In this document: positions 1 through 7,901 of the stretch, in pieces
Position numbering within the stretch: position 1 is the first letter of the stretch
How the letters are laid out: each line of letters starts with the position of its first letter
Source: a bacterium
GTDB taxonomy: Bacteria; Lernaellota; Lernaellaia; Lernaellales; Lernaellaceae
NCBI GenBank assembly: GCA_036743315.1
Contig: DAINPV010000002.1
Location: 1-47,026 of the forward strand
Reading direction: 5' to 3'
DNA: 47,026 nucleotides
Position numbers and translations under genes: made by a program
Notes under the pieces: model-generated
The model's input: only the letters and a program-made list of their open reading frames with translations
Database searches by the model: none
What the model was told of the DNA's origin: nothing

Positions 1-1
1 C

Positions 2-247
2 TTTTCCAAGGGGCGCGATCACGGTTACGCCGGGCGCATCTTCAACCAGGCGGTGCTCATCCGCGATTCGCTGGAAGTCAGCCCCGACGGCACGGAAATT
101 TTCGGCATTTGCTTCACGCCGCAGGACGGCAACAGTTTGATGACCTCCATCGCCACCGTGCTCTGGTTTCTGGATCCGAAAACCTACAAAAAGCGCTTGC
201 AGCCGTTCTTCAAATACCTGGAACGGTTCCACGTCATTTACAACTGA
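2..247 (+). CDS. hypothetical protein, C-terminal fragment (start lies upstream of window)
   Basis: Frame 2 is open from the window edge (FSKGRDHGYAGRIFNQAVLIRD...) to TGA at 245-247. Composition is protein-like. No family recognised. Confidence 0.4.
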   Translation, partial: FSKGRDHGYAGRIFNQAVLIRDSLEVSPDGTEIFGICFTPQDGNSLMTSIATVLWFLDPKTYKKRLQPFFKYLERFHVIYN

Positions 248-360
248 TTGGCGACGACGATCCGGGGGCGTTTCGCACGCAAAGGCGAGACGCCCTTTTT
301 GTTTGGTGTGACAAGCCGCCGTGGTCCATGTATATTAGGCGAAATTACCCAGGGGCGGAT

Positions 361-627
361 ATGCGGTGCGCGTGTTGCCGGCGAACGATTCAACCGACCG
401 TTCATACCCAAAGCGCGGTGCGGGTGGACGGTTATCGTCTGCATACAGGCAAAGTGAAGCTGGTGGAAAATAGCACCGGCCACAACAAAGACCGCGCCGT
501 GTATCTGCAACTGTACGATGCGCTGGATGGATATGTCTGTGTCGATTGCTTCGCCAAGCAAAACGTCAATAAGCTATGGTTGCACGGTTTCCCGACCAAC
601 GAAGAGCTCGAAGCGCTCCGTCCCTGA
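361..627 (+). CDS. small Cys-rich (zinc-ribbon-like) hypothetical protein
   Basis: 88-aa ORF MRCACCRR...GYVCVDCFAKQ... has a CxCC motif at the N-terminus and CxxC near the C-terminus. Its composition is more protein-like than the overlapping frame. ATG at 361 (alternative ATG at 328) follows a G-rich tract. No homologue recognised. Confidence 0.35.
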   Translation: MRCACCRRTIQPTVHTQSAVRVDGYRLHTGKVKLVENSTGHNKDRAVYLQLYDALDGYVCVDCFAKQNVNKLWLHGFPTNEELEALRP

Positions 628-1267
628 TCTGCCCCGGCGCCTGCAGGCGTTCTATGCGGCGTCCTTCGCGCACTTCGGACCGTTGGAATGGTGGCCGGGC
701 GAAACGCATTTCGAGATCTGCGTAGGCGCGATCCTGACGCAAAACACGGCCTGGACCAACGTCGAAAAGGCGATCGCCAATCTCAAACGCGAGCGCATGC
801 TCACGGTGCGCGGCATGGAAAGCGCCGGGCGCGAGCGGTTGGCCGAGGCGATCCGGCCGGCGGGCTATTACAATCAAAAGTCGGAAAAGCTGCTCAACTT
901 CTGTCGGCACATTCGCGCGGCGCACGGGGGCAGTTTGTCGCGCCTGCTGGCGCAGCCGTTGCCCGCGTTGCGCGCCGAACTGCTGGCGCTCAAGGGCGTC
1001 GGACCGGAGACGGCCGATTCGATGATTCTTTACGCCGCCGCTCAACCGATCTTCGTGGTCGACGCCTACACGCGACGCATTTTTTCGCGCATGGGGCTGG
1101 TCGCCGCGGACGTCGGCTACGACGAACTGCAGGACTTTTTTCATCGCCATGTGCCGCCGGACACGGAGCACTACGGGGAGTTCCACGCTCAGATTGTGTA
1201 TGTCGGCAAGGAATTTTGCCGTAAAGCCAAGCCGCGCTGCGAGGCGTGCCCGGTGCGGTTGACCTAG
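518..1267 (+). CDS. endonuclease III-related HhH-GPD DNA glycosylase family protein
   Basis: WWPGETHFEICVGAILTQNTAW, helix-hairpin-helix LKGVGPETADSMILY, VVDAYTRRIF, and C-terminal CRKAKPRCEAC (C-x6-C-x2-C). The start is uncertain. ATG/GTG candidates at 518-539 overlap the preceding ORF by about 100 nt, and the first ~35 residues look non-coding. The homologous region starts near 630. Confidence 0.8.
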   Translation: MRWMDMSVSIASPSKTSISYGCTVSRPTKSSKRSVPDLPRRLQAFYAASFAHFGPLEWWPGETHFEICVGAILTQNTAWTNVEKAIANLKRERMLTVRGMESAGRERLAEAIRPAGYYNQKSEKLLNFCRHIRAAHGGSLSRLLAQPLPALRAELLALKGVGPETADSMILYAAAQPIFVVDAYTRRIFSRMGLVAADVGYDELQDFFHRHVPPDTEHYGEFHAQIVYVGKEFCRKAKPRCEACPVRLT

Positions 1268-1276
1268 GAGAAAACC

Positions 1277-1843
1277 ATGAAACGCGAAATGATGTTGTTC
1301 GACCGGCCGGGGCGCGAGAACACGGCGGCATGTGTGCGGATCGTCGCCGGGCTGATCGACGAGGGGTACCATCATGTGGTTGTCGCCTCGACGAGCGGCG
1401 CGACGGCGCAGCAATTTGCCGAGGCGATGCCCGCGACGGCGAAAATGGTCGTTGTGACGCATTCGGCCGGCTTCAAGGAAGCCAACCAGCAGGAATTCGA
1501 CAATGTGCTGCGCATGGCGCTGCAGGCCAAGGGCGTTCCGGTGTTGACTGCGACGATTCTCACCCATTCGCTGGAAACCGCGTTCGCCAAGGAATTCGGC
1601 GGCAGCCTGCCCACGCTGGTTATCGCCAACACGCTGCGCCGCTTCGGGCAGGGCGCGAAGGTCGCCTGCGAAATCGTGATGGAAGCGATCGACGCCGGCT
1701 TGCTGCCCGAGGGCGAACCGGTGGTGGCCGTCGCCGGCAGCGGGCACGGGGCCGACACGGTTTGCGTGATCCGCGGCGCGGCGAGCAAGCGCTTTCTCGA
1801 TCTGCAGGTGATGTGGATCGCGGCCAAACCGCTGTCCTGGTGA
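1277..1843 (+). CDS. pyruvate kinase alpha/beta (PK_C-like) domain-containing protein
   Basis: AGGAGA SD upstream of ATG 1277. The ~188-aa standalone PK C-terminal-like pattern is present: GRENT...VVVASTSGATA...VVVTHSAGF...LRRFGQGAKVACEIVMEAIDAGL...AGSGHGADT. Confidence 0.7.
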   Translation: MKREMMLFDRPGRENTAACVRIVAGLIDEGYHHVVVASTSGATAQQFAEAMPATAKMVVVTHSAGFKEANQQEFDNVLRMALQAKGVPVLTATILTHSLETAFAKEFGGSLPTLVIANTLRRFGQGAKVACEIVMEAIDAGLLPEGEPVVAVAGSGHGADTVCVIRGAASKRFLDLQVMWIAAKPLSW

Positions 1844-1914
1844 GCTTTGTTGACACCGTGCCGGCCCGCCGTTAACGTACGGGCGCCTTTTATCACCGCA
1901 AGGAACCGATCCGG

Positions 1915-3351
1915 ATGAAGCTGGCATTGATCCATCCGCCCGAACCGATGCTCTCGATCGCCACCGAGGTGTGTCAGCATCCGATCAACCTCGCGTCGCT
2001 GGCGGCCTTCGTGCGTGATCGTCTCGGCGCGACGGTGGAAATCTGGGACTACGGCGTGCTGGGTCGACCCGAGGCGCACCTGCGGGAAAATCTGGCGCGG
2101 TTTCAGCCTGACGCCGTCGGCTTCACGGCGATGACGCCGCTGATCAAAACCGCCGCGCGCCTGGCGGGTGTCGTCAAGGAGGTCGATCGCGACATCGTGA
2201 CGATCGTCGGCGGCCCGCATGTGTCGGCGCTGCCCGCGCGTACGCTGGCCGAATTTCCGACCTTCGATCTGGGCGTGGTTGGCGAGGGGGAGTCGACACT
2301 CGCCGACATCTGCGCGGCGATCCAGCGCGGCGAGCGGACGTTGCGCGGCATTCCCGGCACGGTGTATCGCGCGAACGGCGCGCCGGCGCTCGGTCCGGAA
2401 CGGCCGATGATCATGAACCTCGACGAACTGCCGTTTCCCGCGCGCGATCTGATCGACTTCTCGTTGTACACCGGCAGTTCGAGCCCCGGGCTGTCGTCCA
2501 AACTGCGCAACATCACTGAGCTGTTCACCAGCCGCGGCTGCCCGGTGCGCTGTTTCTTCTGCGGTTCGCACGTCACGCACCGCAACAAGGTGCGCTTTCG
2601 CTCGGCGCGGCACGTGCTCGACGAAGTGCGCGAATGTGTGCAGACCTACGGCGTCGACCACTTCACCATCGACGACGACACCTTCACCTACGGCCGCGAG
2701 CGTCTGATCGAAATCTGCCGCGGCCTGCGCGAACTGGGCGTGTCATGGGATTGCGACAGCCGCGTGTCCAACGTCGACGAGGATCTGCTGCGCATGATGG
2801 CCGACGCCGGTTGCGTGAAGATCGCCTTCGGCGTGGAAAGCGGCAGCCCGCGCATGCTGGAGATGATCCGCAAGCGCATCACCCTCGAACAGATCGAAGC
2901 CGCGTTCGCCGCCGCGCACAAGGCGCGCATTCTGTCGAGCGCGTTCATCATGATCGGCGCGCATCCTTCGGAAACTTACGAAGAGGTCGAGCAGACCTTC
3001 CGCCTGATGCTGCGCATCAAACCCGACTTTGTGATGGTCTACGTCGCCGTGCCGTACCCCGGCACAGGTCTGTACGACATGCTCGGCGTAGAGGGGTTGA
3101 TCGAGCGCGAGGATTGGGACGAGTTCGACATCGTGCGCGGCGAACCGGTGTGGCGCACGCATCATTTCCAACCCGCGGACATGATCCGCCTGCAGCGGGC
3201 GATGTACCGGCGCATTTATTTACGGCCGGGATTCATCGTGCGCAAGCTGCGCCTGCTGCGCAGCGTGGACGACCTGCGTTATTTTTCCGACGCGTTTCTT
3301 AAATTCGTGAAATACATTTTCGGCAAGCGGCGCGAGGAATTGAATCCGTAA
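1915..3351 (+). CDS. B12-binding domain-containing radical SAM protein
   Basis: The N-terminus is cobalamin-binding-like (VGFTAMTPLIKTA...IVTIVGGPHVSALP). The radical-SAM cluster motif is SRGCPVRCFFCGS (C-x3-C-x2-C). Length is 478 aa. Confidence 0.85.
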   Translation: MKLALIHPPEPMLSIATEVCQHPINLASLAAFVRDRLGATVEIWDYGVLGRPEAHLRENLARFQPDAVGFTAMTPLIKTAARLAGVVKEVDRDIVTIVGGPHVSALPARTLAEFPTFDLGVVGEGESTLADICAAIQRGERTLRGIPGTVYRANGAPALGPERPMIMNLDELPFPARDLIDFSLYTGSSSPGLSSKLRNITELFTSRGCPVRCFFCGSHVTHRNKVRFRSARHVLDEVRECVQTYGVDHFTIDDDTFTYGRERLIEICRGLRELGVSWDCDSRVSNVDEDLLRMMADAGCVKIAFGVESGSPRMLEMIRKRITLEQIEAAFAAAHKARILSSAFIMIGAHPSETYEEVEQTFRLMLRIKPDFVMVYVAVPYPGTGLYDMLGVEGLIEREDWDEFDIVRGEPVWRTHHFQPADMIRLQRAMYRRIYLRPGFIVRKLRLLRSVDDLRYFSDAFLKFVKYIFGKRREELNP

Positions 3352-3353
3352 CG

Positions 3354-3626
3354 TTACAAGCAGCCGCAGCCGCCGTCGCTGATGGTCGTCGAGTGCGCGG
3401 CGACCGGCGTGTCGGCGTCGTCGTCGAGCGTGTCGTCGTCATCGTCGTCGAGCGTATCGTCGTCTTCGACGTCATCGTCGAGCGAGTCGTCGTCGGTATC
3501 GTCGTCGCTGTCGTCGTCGAGCGTGTCGTCGTCTTCGGCGTCGTCATCGATGGTCTGGGCGAAGATCAATCCCGCCGCCGACAGCAGAATTACGACCATC
3601 AGACCCAAAAAAGAAAACGTTTTCAT
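3354..3626 (-). CDS. secreted poly-aspartate-rich small protein (90 aa) ending in GGCGCL
   Basis: GAGAGG SD lies 5 nt upstream of ATG (3626). The signal peptide is MKTFSFLGLMVVILLSAAGLIFA/Q. It is followed by 31 Asp in 46 residues as DDDxx units. The C-terminus is TPVAAHSTTISDGGCGCL. Its stop is 2 nt from the stop of the convergent radical SAM gene. Confidence 0.6.
   Translation of the reverse strand: MKTFSFLGLMVVILLSAAGLIFAQTIDDDAEDDDTLDDDSDDDTDDDSLDDDVEDDDTLDDDDDDTLDDDADTPVAAHSTTISDGGCGCL
3411..3548 (-). repeat. imperfect GAC/GAT (Asp codon) trinucleotide-rich coding repeat
   Basis: Runs of gtcgtc/atcgtc on the + strand encode DDDAE DDDTL DDDS DDDT DDDSL DDDVE DDDTL DDDDDDTL DDDAD on the - strand. 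Confidence 0.9.
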
Positions 3627-3717
3627 GCGCCTCTCGCGGTATTCCTGGCTCACTTGATTTTCCATCATTCTTGGTCGCTGTCAAATATGTCCGGCAACTT
3701 GTTCCCGATCGGTCGGC

Positions 3718-5406
3718 ATGCTAAAAGTGATCATTCAACGACCACCATGGATGCCAAGCATGACCAAACAAACTCCGCCGCTTGATGAAGCGAAAAAATC
3801 GGTCGAGGAACTGAACGAGAAGGTCGTCAAACTCGATCGGAAGTTGTTCAATTTTTTCACCCTGCTGCAAGCCGGCAAAGCGTTCGACAACATCCTCGAA
3901 GCGCAAAAACTTTACAACGTGTTCACCAGCATCGTGCAGGAACGCTTCGGTCTGGAGGCGTTCGCGCTGTTCATTCGCGATCCGCAGGAAAACGTGTTTC
4001 AACTCGTGCGTGGTTTCGGGCTGGACGAAGCGATGCCGGTCGATTATTCGTTCCCCTGCCAGGAAGGATTGCTGTGGCAGGCGATACTGCAGGACAAGCC
4101 GTTTTCCATTATCGACAGCCGTGGCGAACCGCGCTTCCGCATACCGCATGAATCGTTCCGCTTCGATTTCCTGCGCAGCCGGTTGTTCGTGCCGTTGCTG
4201 CATCAGCGCGATGTCATCGGCCTGCTGTCGGTCGGCGGTAAAATGGACGGGCGCGAGTTCACCGACGACGAACTGGAGTTCATCAACATCCTGGCCGAGC
4301 AGGCGGCGGTGAGCATCAACACCACGATGCTCTATGAAAAGAACGAACGCGACCGCAAGGAATTGGACAAGACGGTCAAGAGTTTATCGATTCTGCATGA
4401 CATCGGCCGCGCGCTGATTCACATTCAGGACCTGAAAAATCTGCTGCAATTCATTTTGGGCCAGGCGATCGAAACCACCGAGGCGCAAAAAGGTTCGCTC
4501 ATGTTGTGGGATCAGTCCATCGGGCGGCTGGTGGTGCGTGTGGTCAAGGGTTTGCCCGACCTGAAGGTCGAAGAGGCGATCAACAACGGCGAGATGGAAT
4601 GCTCGACCTTCGCGCCCGGCGAGGGCATCGCCGGCAAGGTTTTCCAGAGCATGGAGCCGATGATCGTCAACTCGACCGAACAGAACGACACTTACGCCGA
4701 GCGCGAACTGTCGAACGTGAACTCGATCCTGTGCATTCCGCTGATCGCTTCGGACGAGGCGATCGGCGTCATCAACATCACCAACAAAATCGGCGGGCAG
4801 GGCTTTACCTACGAGGATCTGGAATTGCTCAGCGCGCTGGGCAATCAGGCGGCGGTGGCGATCAACAACGCGACGCTGTACGAAATGGCGATCACCGACG
4901 AACTGACCAAGATCTTCATCCGCCGCTACTTCAACATCAAACTCGACGGCGAAGTGAAGCGTGTGCGCCGTTACGGCGGCCAATTGTCGCTGGCCATTTG
5001 CGATCTGGATCACTTTAAAAGCGTCAACGACACCTACGGGCACCAGGCCGGCGACGTCGTGCTTTACACCGTCGCCCAGTTGATCAAAAACAACTGCCGC
5101 GAGATCGACGTGGCGGCGCGCTACGGCGGCGAAGAATTCGCGGTCATCATGCCGGAAACGGGCATCGACGGCGCGAAAATCCTGGCCGAGCGCATCCGCT
5201 CCGCGGTGGCCGGCGCGAAAATCGAAGAAGTGCCGCGTCAACTGACCATCAGCATCGGCCTTGCTGCGCTCCCGGGCGACGCCGACGATGTCAAATCCCT
5301 GATCGCCGCCGCCGACGCCGCGTTGTACGGGGCGAAAAAGGGCGGACGCAATCAGGTGATGGCCTACTCCAAGGAGATCGTCAAGCCGCCCGAACCAGGT
5401 GAATGA
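3718..5406 (+). CDS. GAF-GAF-GGDEF diguanylate cyclase
   Basis: Two GAF-like modules sit upstream of a GGDEF domain (LAICDLDHFKSVNDTYGHQAGD, active site RYGGEEFAVIM). An RxxD I-site (REID) lies 5 residues before GGEEF. The N-terminus is coiled-coil. Confidence 0.9.
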   Translation: MLKVIIQRPPWMPSMTKQTPPLDEAKKSVEELNEKVVKLDRKLFNFFTLLQAGKAFDNILEAQKLYNVFTSIVQERFGLEAFALFIRDPQENVFQLVRGFGLDEAMPVDYSFPCQEGLLWQAILQDKPFSIIDSRGEPRFRIPHESFRFDFLRSRLFVPLLHQRDVIGLLSVGGKMDGREFTDDELEFINILAEQAAVSINTTMLYEKNERDRKELDKTVKSLSILHDIGRALIHIQDLKNLLQFILGQAIETTEAQKGSLMLWDQSIGRLVVRVVKGLPDLKVEEAINNGEMECSTFAPGEGIAGKVFQSMEPMIVNSTEQNDTYAERELSNVNSILCIPLIASDEAIGVINITNKIGGQGFTYEDLELLSALGNQAAVAINNATLYEMAITDELTKIFIRRYFNIKLDGEVKRVRRYGGQLSLAICDLDHFKSVNDTYGHQAGDVVLYTVAQLIKNNCREIDVAARYGGEEFAVIMPETGIDGAKILAERIRSAVAGAKIEEVPRQLTISIGLAALPGDADDVKSLIAAADAALYGAKKGGRNQVMAYSKEIVKPPEPGE

Positions 5407-5410
5407 TGAG

Positions 5411-6934
5411 TTACTTGGCGAGTTGAATCTGCACCAGCCCCAGCGCATCGGCCGCCAACAGACGCCGTTGGAAATGATCGTAATGCAGCGAGTGCAGACG
5501 CGGTCCCACGCGGTGGACGGCGGCTGTCCCCAGATCGGCGCGGCGCAAGGTGGTGATGACGCCGGTAAAATAATTCCCAACATATAACAATTCGTCGCGC
5601 TCGTCGAAGGCGATGTCGCGGATGCCCGGTCCGAGCCACCGGCTGCGCATAAGGCGTCGCTTGGCGAGCGAATATTCCCACAACATGCCGCTGTAACGCC
5701 CGAGAATGTACAACGTGTCGCCGCTGGGCGAAGCCGCCAATTGCAGGTGAAAATCCGGCAGCCATTGGCGGTAAAGCAGTTGGCTGAGATCGTGCCGGTA
5801 AAACAAGAGGCGTCCGCCGTAGGTGGAAATAATGAACAATTGTTCGTGCGGGAGGGACGCGAAATCGGTAATGAACCGATCGATGAAGATCATTTCCTTT
5901 TTCCGGAAATACAAATCGTACATGAAGATGTTGCGGCTGTTGGCGGCGGACATGAACACGAATTGATGCTCGGGCTGGAATTGCACCTGATCGACCCTGG
6001 TCAAGCGCGTGTAGGCGACAGTGGCTGCCAGATGCAGCGATTCGTGATCAAGGATCCGCAACGAGCCGTTTGACCAATCGCCGACGTACAATTGTTTGTT
6101 GCGGCAATTGACGGCGATCGTCTCGCCGAGCGGTCCGGTTTGCGCCGTCGTCACCTGTTCGTTGGCCAGGCGGATCAAGCCGTTCGGACCGCCGCGGGCG
6201 CCGATCAACAACCGACCGTAACAGTCCGGTTGCCCGAAGCGCACGTCGCGCCCGATGGTGGCGAATAGCGGATTTTGGCGGTCGTTGGCGTCGTACACCA
6301 ACGAAACGTCCGGCTGGGCGGTCACGCGCGCTTTTTCACCCCAGGGCTGCCCGAGGTGAAAAGGGAAAACGATCGCGACGATCGCCAGCGCCGCGAGCCA
6401 CAGCGCCCAGCGCGCTCCGCCGGGCGTCAGGTCCGGCCGACGAGCGGTCAGCCGCCACAAACCGCCGGCAAGCGCGGGCAAAAGCAACAAGACCGGCGCC
6501 CAGACCCACAGGCCCAACGCAAACAGCGCCAGCGGCGCGGTGAACGCCAACGACCGTTTGTCTTTTCGCCACCGATCGAGAAAGAAAATCGCCGCCGCCA
6601 GCGCCAGCGCCGCCGGGCCGCGCCAGGGCGCGAGCATGACCAGGTAAAGCAGCAACGCCAACCATCCCAACGCGGCGACCGTTGCCGCCAGGTGATCGAT
6701 CACGCGCGCCGCGCGGAGCCGCCATCGGTAGCGCCGTAAAAGGAACCGCACAAACCACGCCGCGACCAGGAATACGAACAGGCCACGCGCCAGGAAAAGG
6801 AAATTTAAAGAATTGACGAGCCAGCAGGTCAGCAGGCAACCGAGCCCCACGGGAATGCCCATGACGATACGCCACCAAAGCGGTTGCCGGAGGTTATCGG
6901 AGTGCGTTGTTAGCGGCTGATTCATTGTCGGCAC
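5411..6934 (-). CDS. polytopic membrane protein with C-terminal beta-propeller (YVTN/YncE-like repeats)
   Basis: About 6 hydrophobic helices occupy the first ~200 aa. Repeated blade-like units follow (LYVGDWSNGSLRILD, LYILGRYSGMLWEYS, LLYVGNYFTGVITTL). The gene is convergent with the GGDEF gene, 4 nt apart. Confidence 0.65.
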   Translation of the reverse strand: MPTMNQPLTTHSDNLRQPLWWRIVMGIPVGLGCLLTCWLVNSLNFLFLARGLFVFLVAAWFVRFLLRRYRWRLRAARVIDHLAATVAALGWLALLLYLVMLAPWRGPAALALAAAIFFLDRWRKDKRSLAFTAPLALFALGLWVWAPVLLLLPALAGGLWRLTARRPDLTPGGARWALWLAALAIVAIVFPFHLGQPWGEKARVTAQPDVSLVYDANDRQNPLFATIGRDVRFGQPDCYGRLLIGARGGPNGLIRLANEQVTTAQTGPLGETIAVNCRNKQLYVGDWSNGSLRILDHESLHLAATVAYTRLTRVDQVQFQPEHQFVFMSAANSRNIFMYDLYFRKKEMIFIDRFITDFASLPHEQLFIISTYGGRLLFYRHDLSQLLYRQWLPDFHLQLAASPSGDTLYILGRYSGMLWEYSLAKRRLMRSRWLGPGIRDIAFDERDELLYVGNYFTGVITTLRRADLGTAAVHRVGPRLHSLHYDHFQRRLLAADALGLVQIQLAK

Positions 6935-6962
6935 GCTAGCCCAAGGCCGTCGGCGGTGTCAA

Positions 6963-7595
6963 TCAAAGCGGGCGACGACCGAACACGGGCAGGGGCTGGA
7001 CCTCGACGGGCAGGGGCGTATCGCTGGCGATCGCAATGTCGTCGGCCGTTTCGAAGCGGCGGTCGGGCCCTGAACTGCGCAGAAGGAAGCCAGCGGGCGC
7101 GTCCAACCGGTATTGATAGCGGCAGCCCCAACCGTCGTTGCGGGGAATCGTTTTGAATTGTGCGGTCTCGTTGCTGTCCTGATAGGGAATCGTCAGTCCC
7201 TGCCATGCGCCGGAATCCTGCAACTGCTGGGTCAGGCAGGTCCACTCGCAGTTCGGCAGTTCGCGGCCCAGGGCGCGAAAACGTTCCATCGCACGCGCCG
7301 TTTCAACCAGAACGTTCTCGGCGACGACCCGCCGCACCTGTGTGTTGTAGCTCCCGGCTTTCCAGGCAAGCCCGCCGGCGACGAGCATCGCCAGCGTCAA
7401 TGCCGCGAGCAATAGACAAGGCAGCCAGCGGCGGTACGCATTCCAACTCAACGTGAAGGCGGCCAGCAGCCACAACACGCCGATCAGCAGTACGGCGCTT
7501 TCGTTGTAATCAGAAACCACGGCGACGACCAACAGCCAGCCGCCCATGATCGCCAGGATCAACAGGGACAGCAGTATGCGTCGCAGGGAGGACAT
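6963..7595 (-). CDS. membrane protein with type II secretion GspG-like C-terminal domain
   Basis: Four N-terminal hydrophobic segments. The C-terminus NDGWGCRYQYRL...LRSSGPDRRFETADDI resembles the pseudopilin G signature (WG.pY.Y....SxGPDgxxgTxDDI). There is no prepilin leader. The start codon abuts the stop of the upstream SEC-C gene. Confidence 0.55.
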   Translation of the reverse strand: MSSLRRILLSLLILAIMGGWLLVVAVVSDYNESAVLLIGVLWLLAAFTLSWNAYRRWLPCLLLAALTLAMLVAGGLAWKAGSYNTQVRRVVAENVLVETARAMERFRALGRELPNCEWTCLTQQLQDSGAWQGLTIPYQDSNETAQFKTIPRNDGWGCRYQYRLDAPAGFLLRSSGPDRRFETADDIAIASDTPLPVEVQPLPVFGRRPL

Positions 7596-7835
7596 CTACT
7601 TCTTGAAGCGGGCCAACACGTTGGCGATTAGGCTTCCCTTTTCCTTCTTCTTTGCCTTTTGCGCCATCTTCTTCAGGAAGTGGTCGCCTTTGTCGATGCA
7701 ACAGTTTTTATATTTCTCACCGCTGCCGCAGGGGCAGGGATCGTTGCGGCCCACCGACATCACTTCGCGGGGACCGGTGACGACGCTTTTACGAAAAGCC
7801 ATGCGCGGACTGACTCGGGTTGTACGATAACGCAT
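7596..7835 (-). CDS. SEC-C metal-binding motif small protein
   Basis: [18 protein letters not shown] matches the SecA C-terminal zinc motif. The C-terminal tail is lysine-rich. GGAGG SD lies 10 nt upstream of ATG 7835. Confidence 0.7.
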   Translation of the reverse strand: MRYRTTRVSPRMAFRKSVVTGPREVMSVGRNDPCPCGSGEKYKNCCIDKGDHFLKKMAQKAKKKEKGSLIANVLARFKK

Positions 7836-7901
7836 CGCGATCTTACCTCCATTTCAACCGAGGCAAGATTGGCAGAAGCCGCGACGATCCGCAAGAGCGA
7901 A

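Noticed and set aside
109-1267. The zinc-ribbon-like ORF and the EndoIII-like ORF as one frameshifted gene or pseudogene
   Set aside because: The EndoIII-like domain is complete from its usual N-terminal region. The ~100-nt overlap is more simply explained by an over-extended upstream start (518-539) for the glycosylase gene. No known architecture joins these parts.
566-2661. Long - strand ORFs (566-1927, 453 aa; 1372-2661, 429 aa) overlapping the EndoIII-like, PK_C-like and radical SAM genes
   Set aside because: Their Arg/Ala/Gly/His-rich composition is typical of antisense frames in high-G+C DNA. They carry no recognisable motifs. The + strand genes they overlap have clear family signatures.
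3411-3548. The short periodic repeats here, and at 9048-9182, 40133-40261 and 43985-44107, as CRISPR arrays or non-coding satellites
   Set aside because: The periodicity is 3 nt (or 45 nt at 9048-9182) and in frame within ORFs. There is no repeat-spacer structure of 25-40 nt and no cas genes.
3354-3626. The poly-Asp peptide as a RiPP precursor for the adjacent B12-radical SAM enzyme
   Set aside because: The genes are convergent and so not co-transcribed. The peptide has a classical Sec signal peptide rather than a leader recognised by a cytoplasmic maturase. No RiPP recognition element, protease or exporter is adjacent. It is kept only as a remote possibility.
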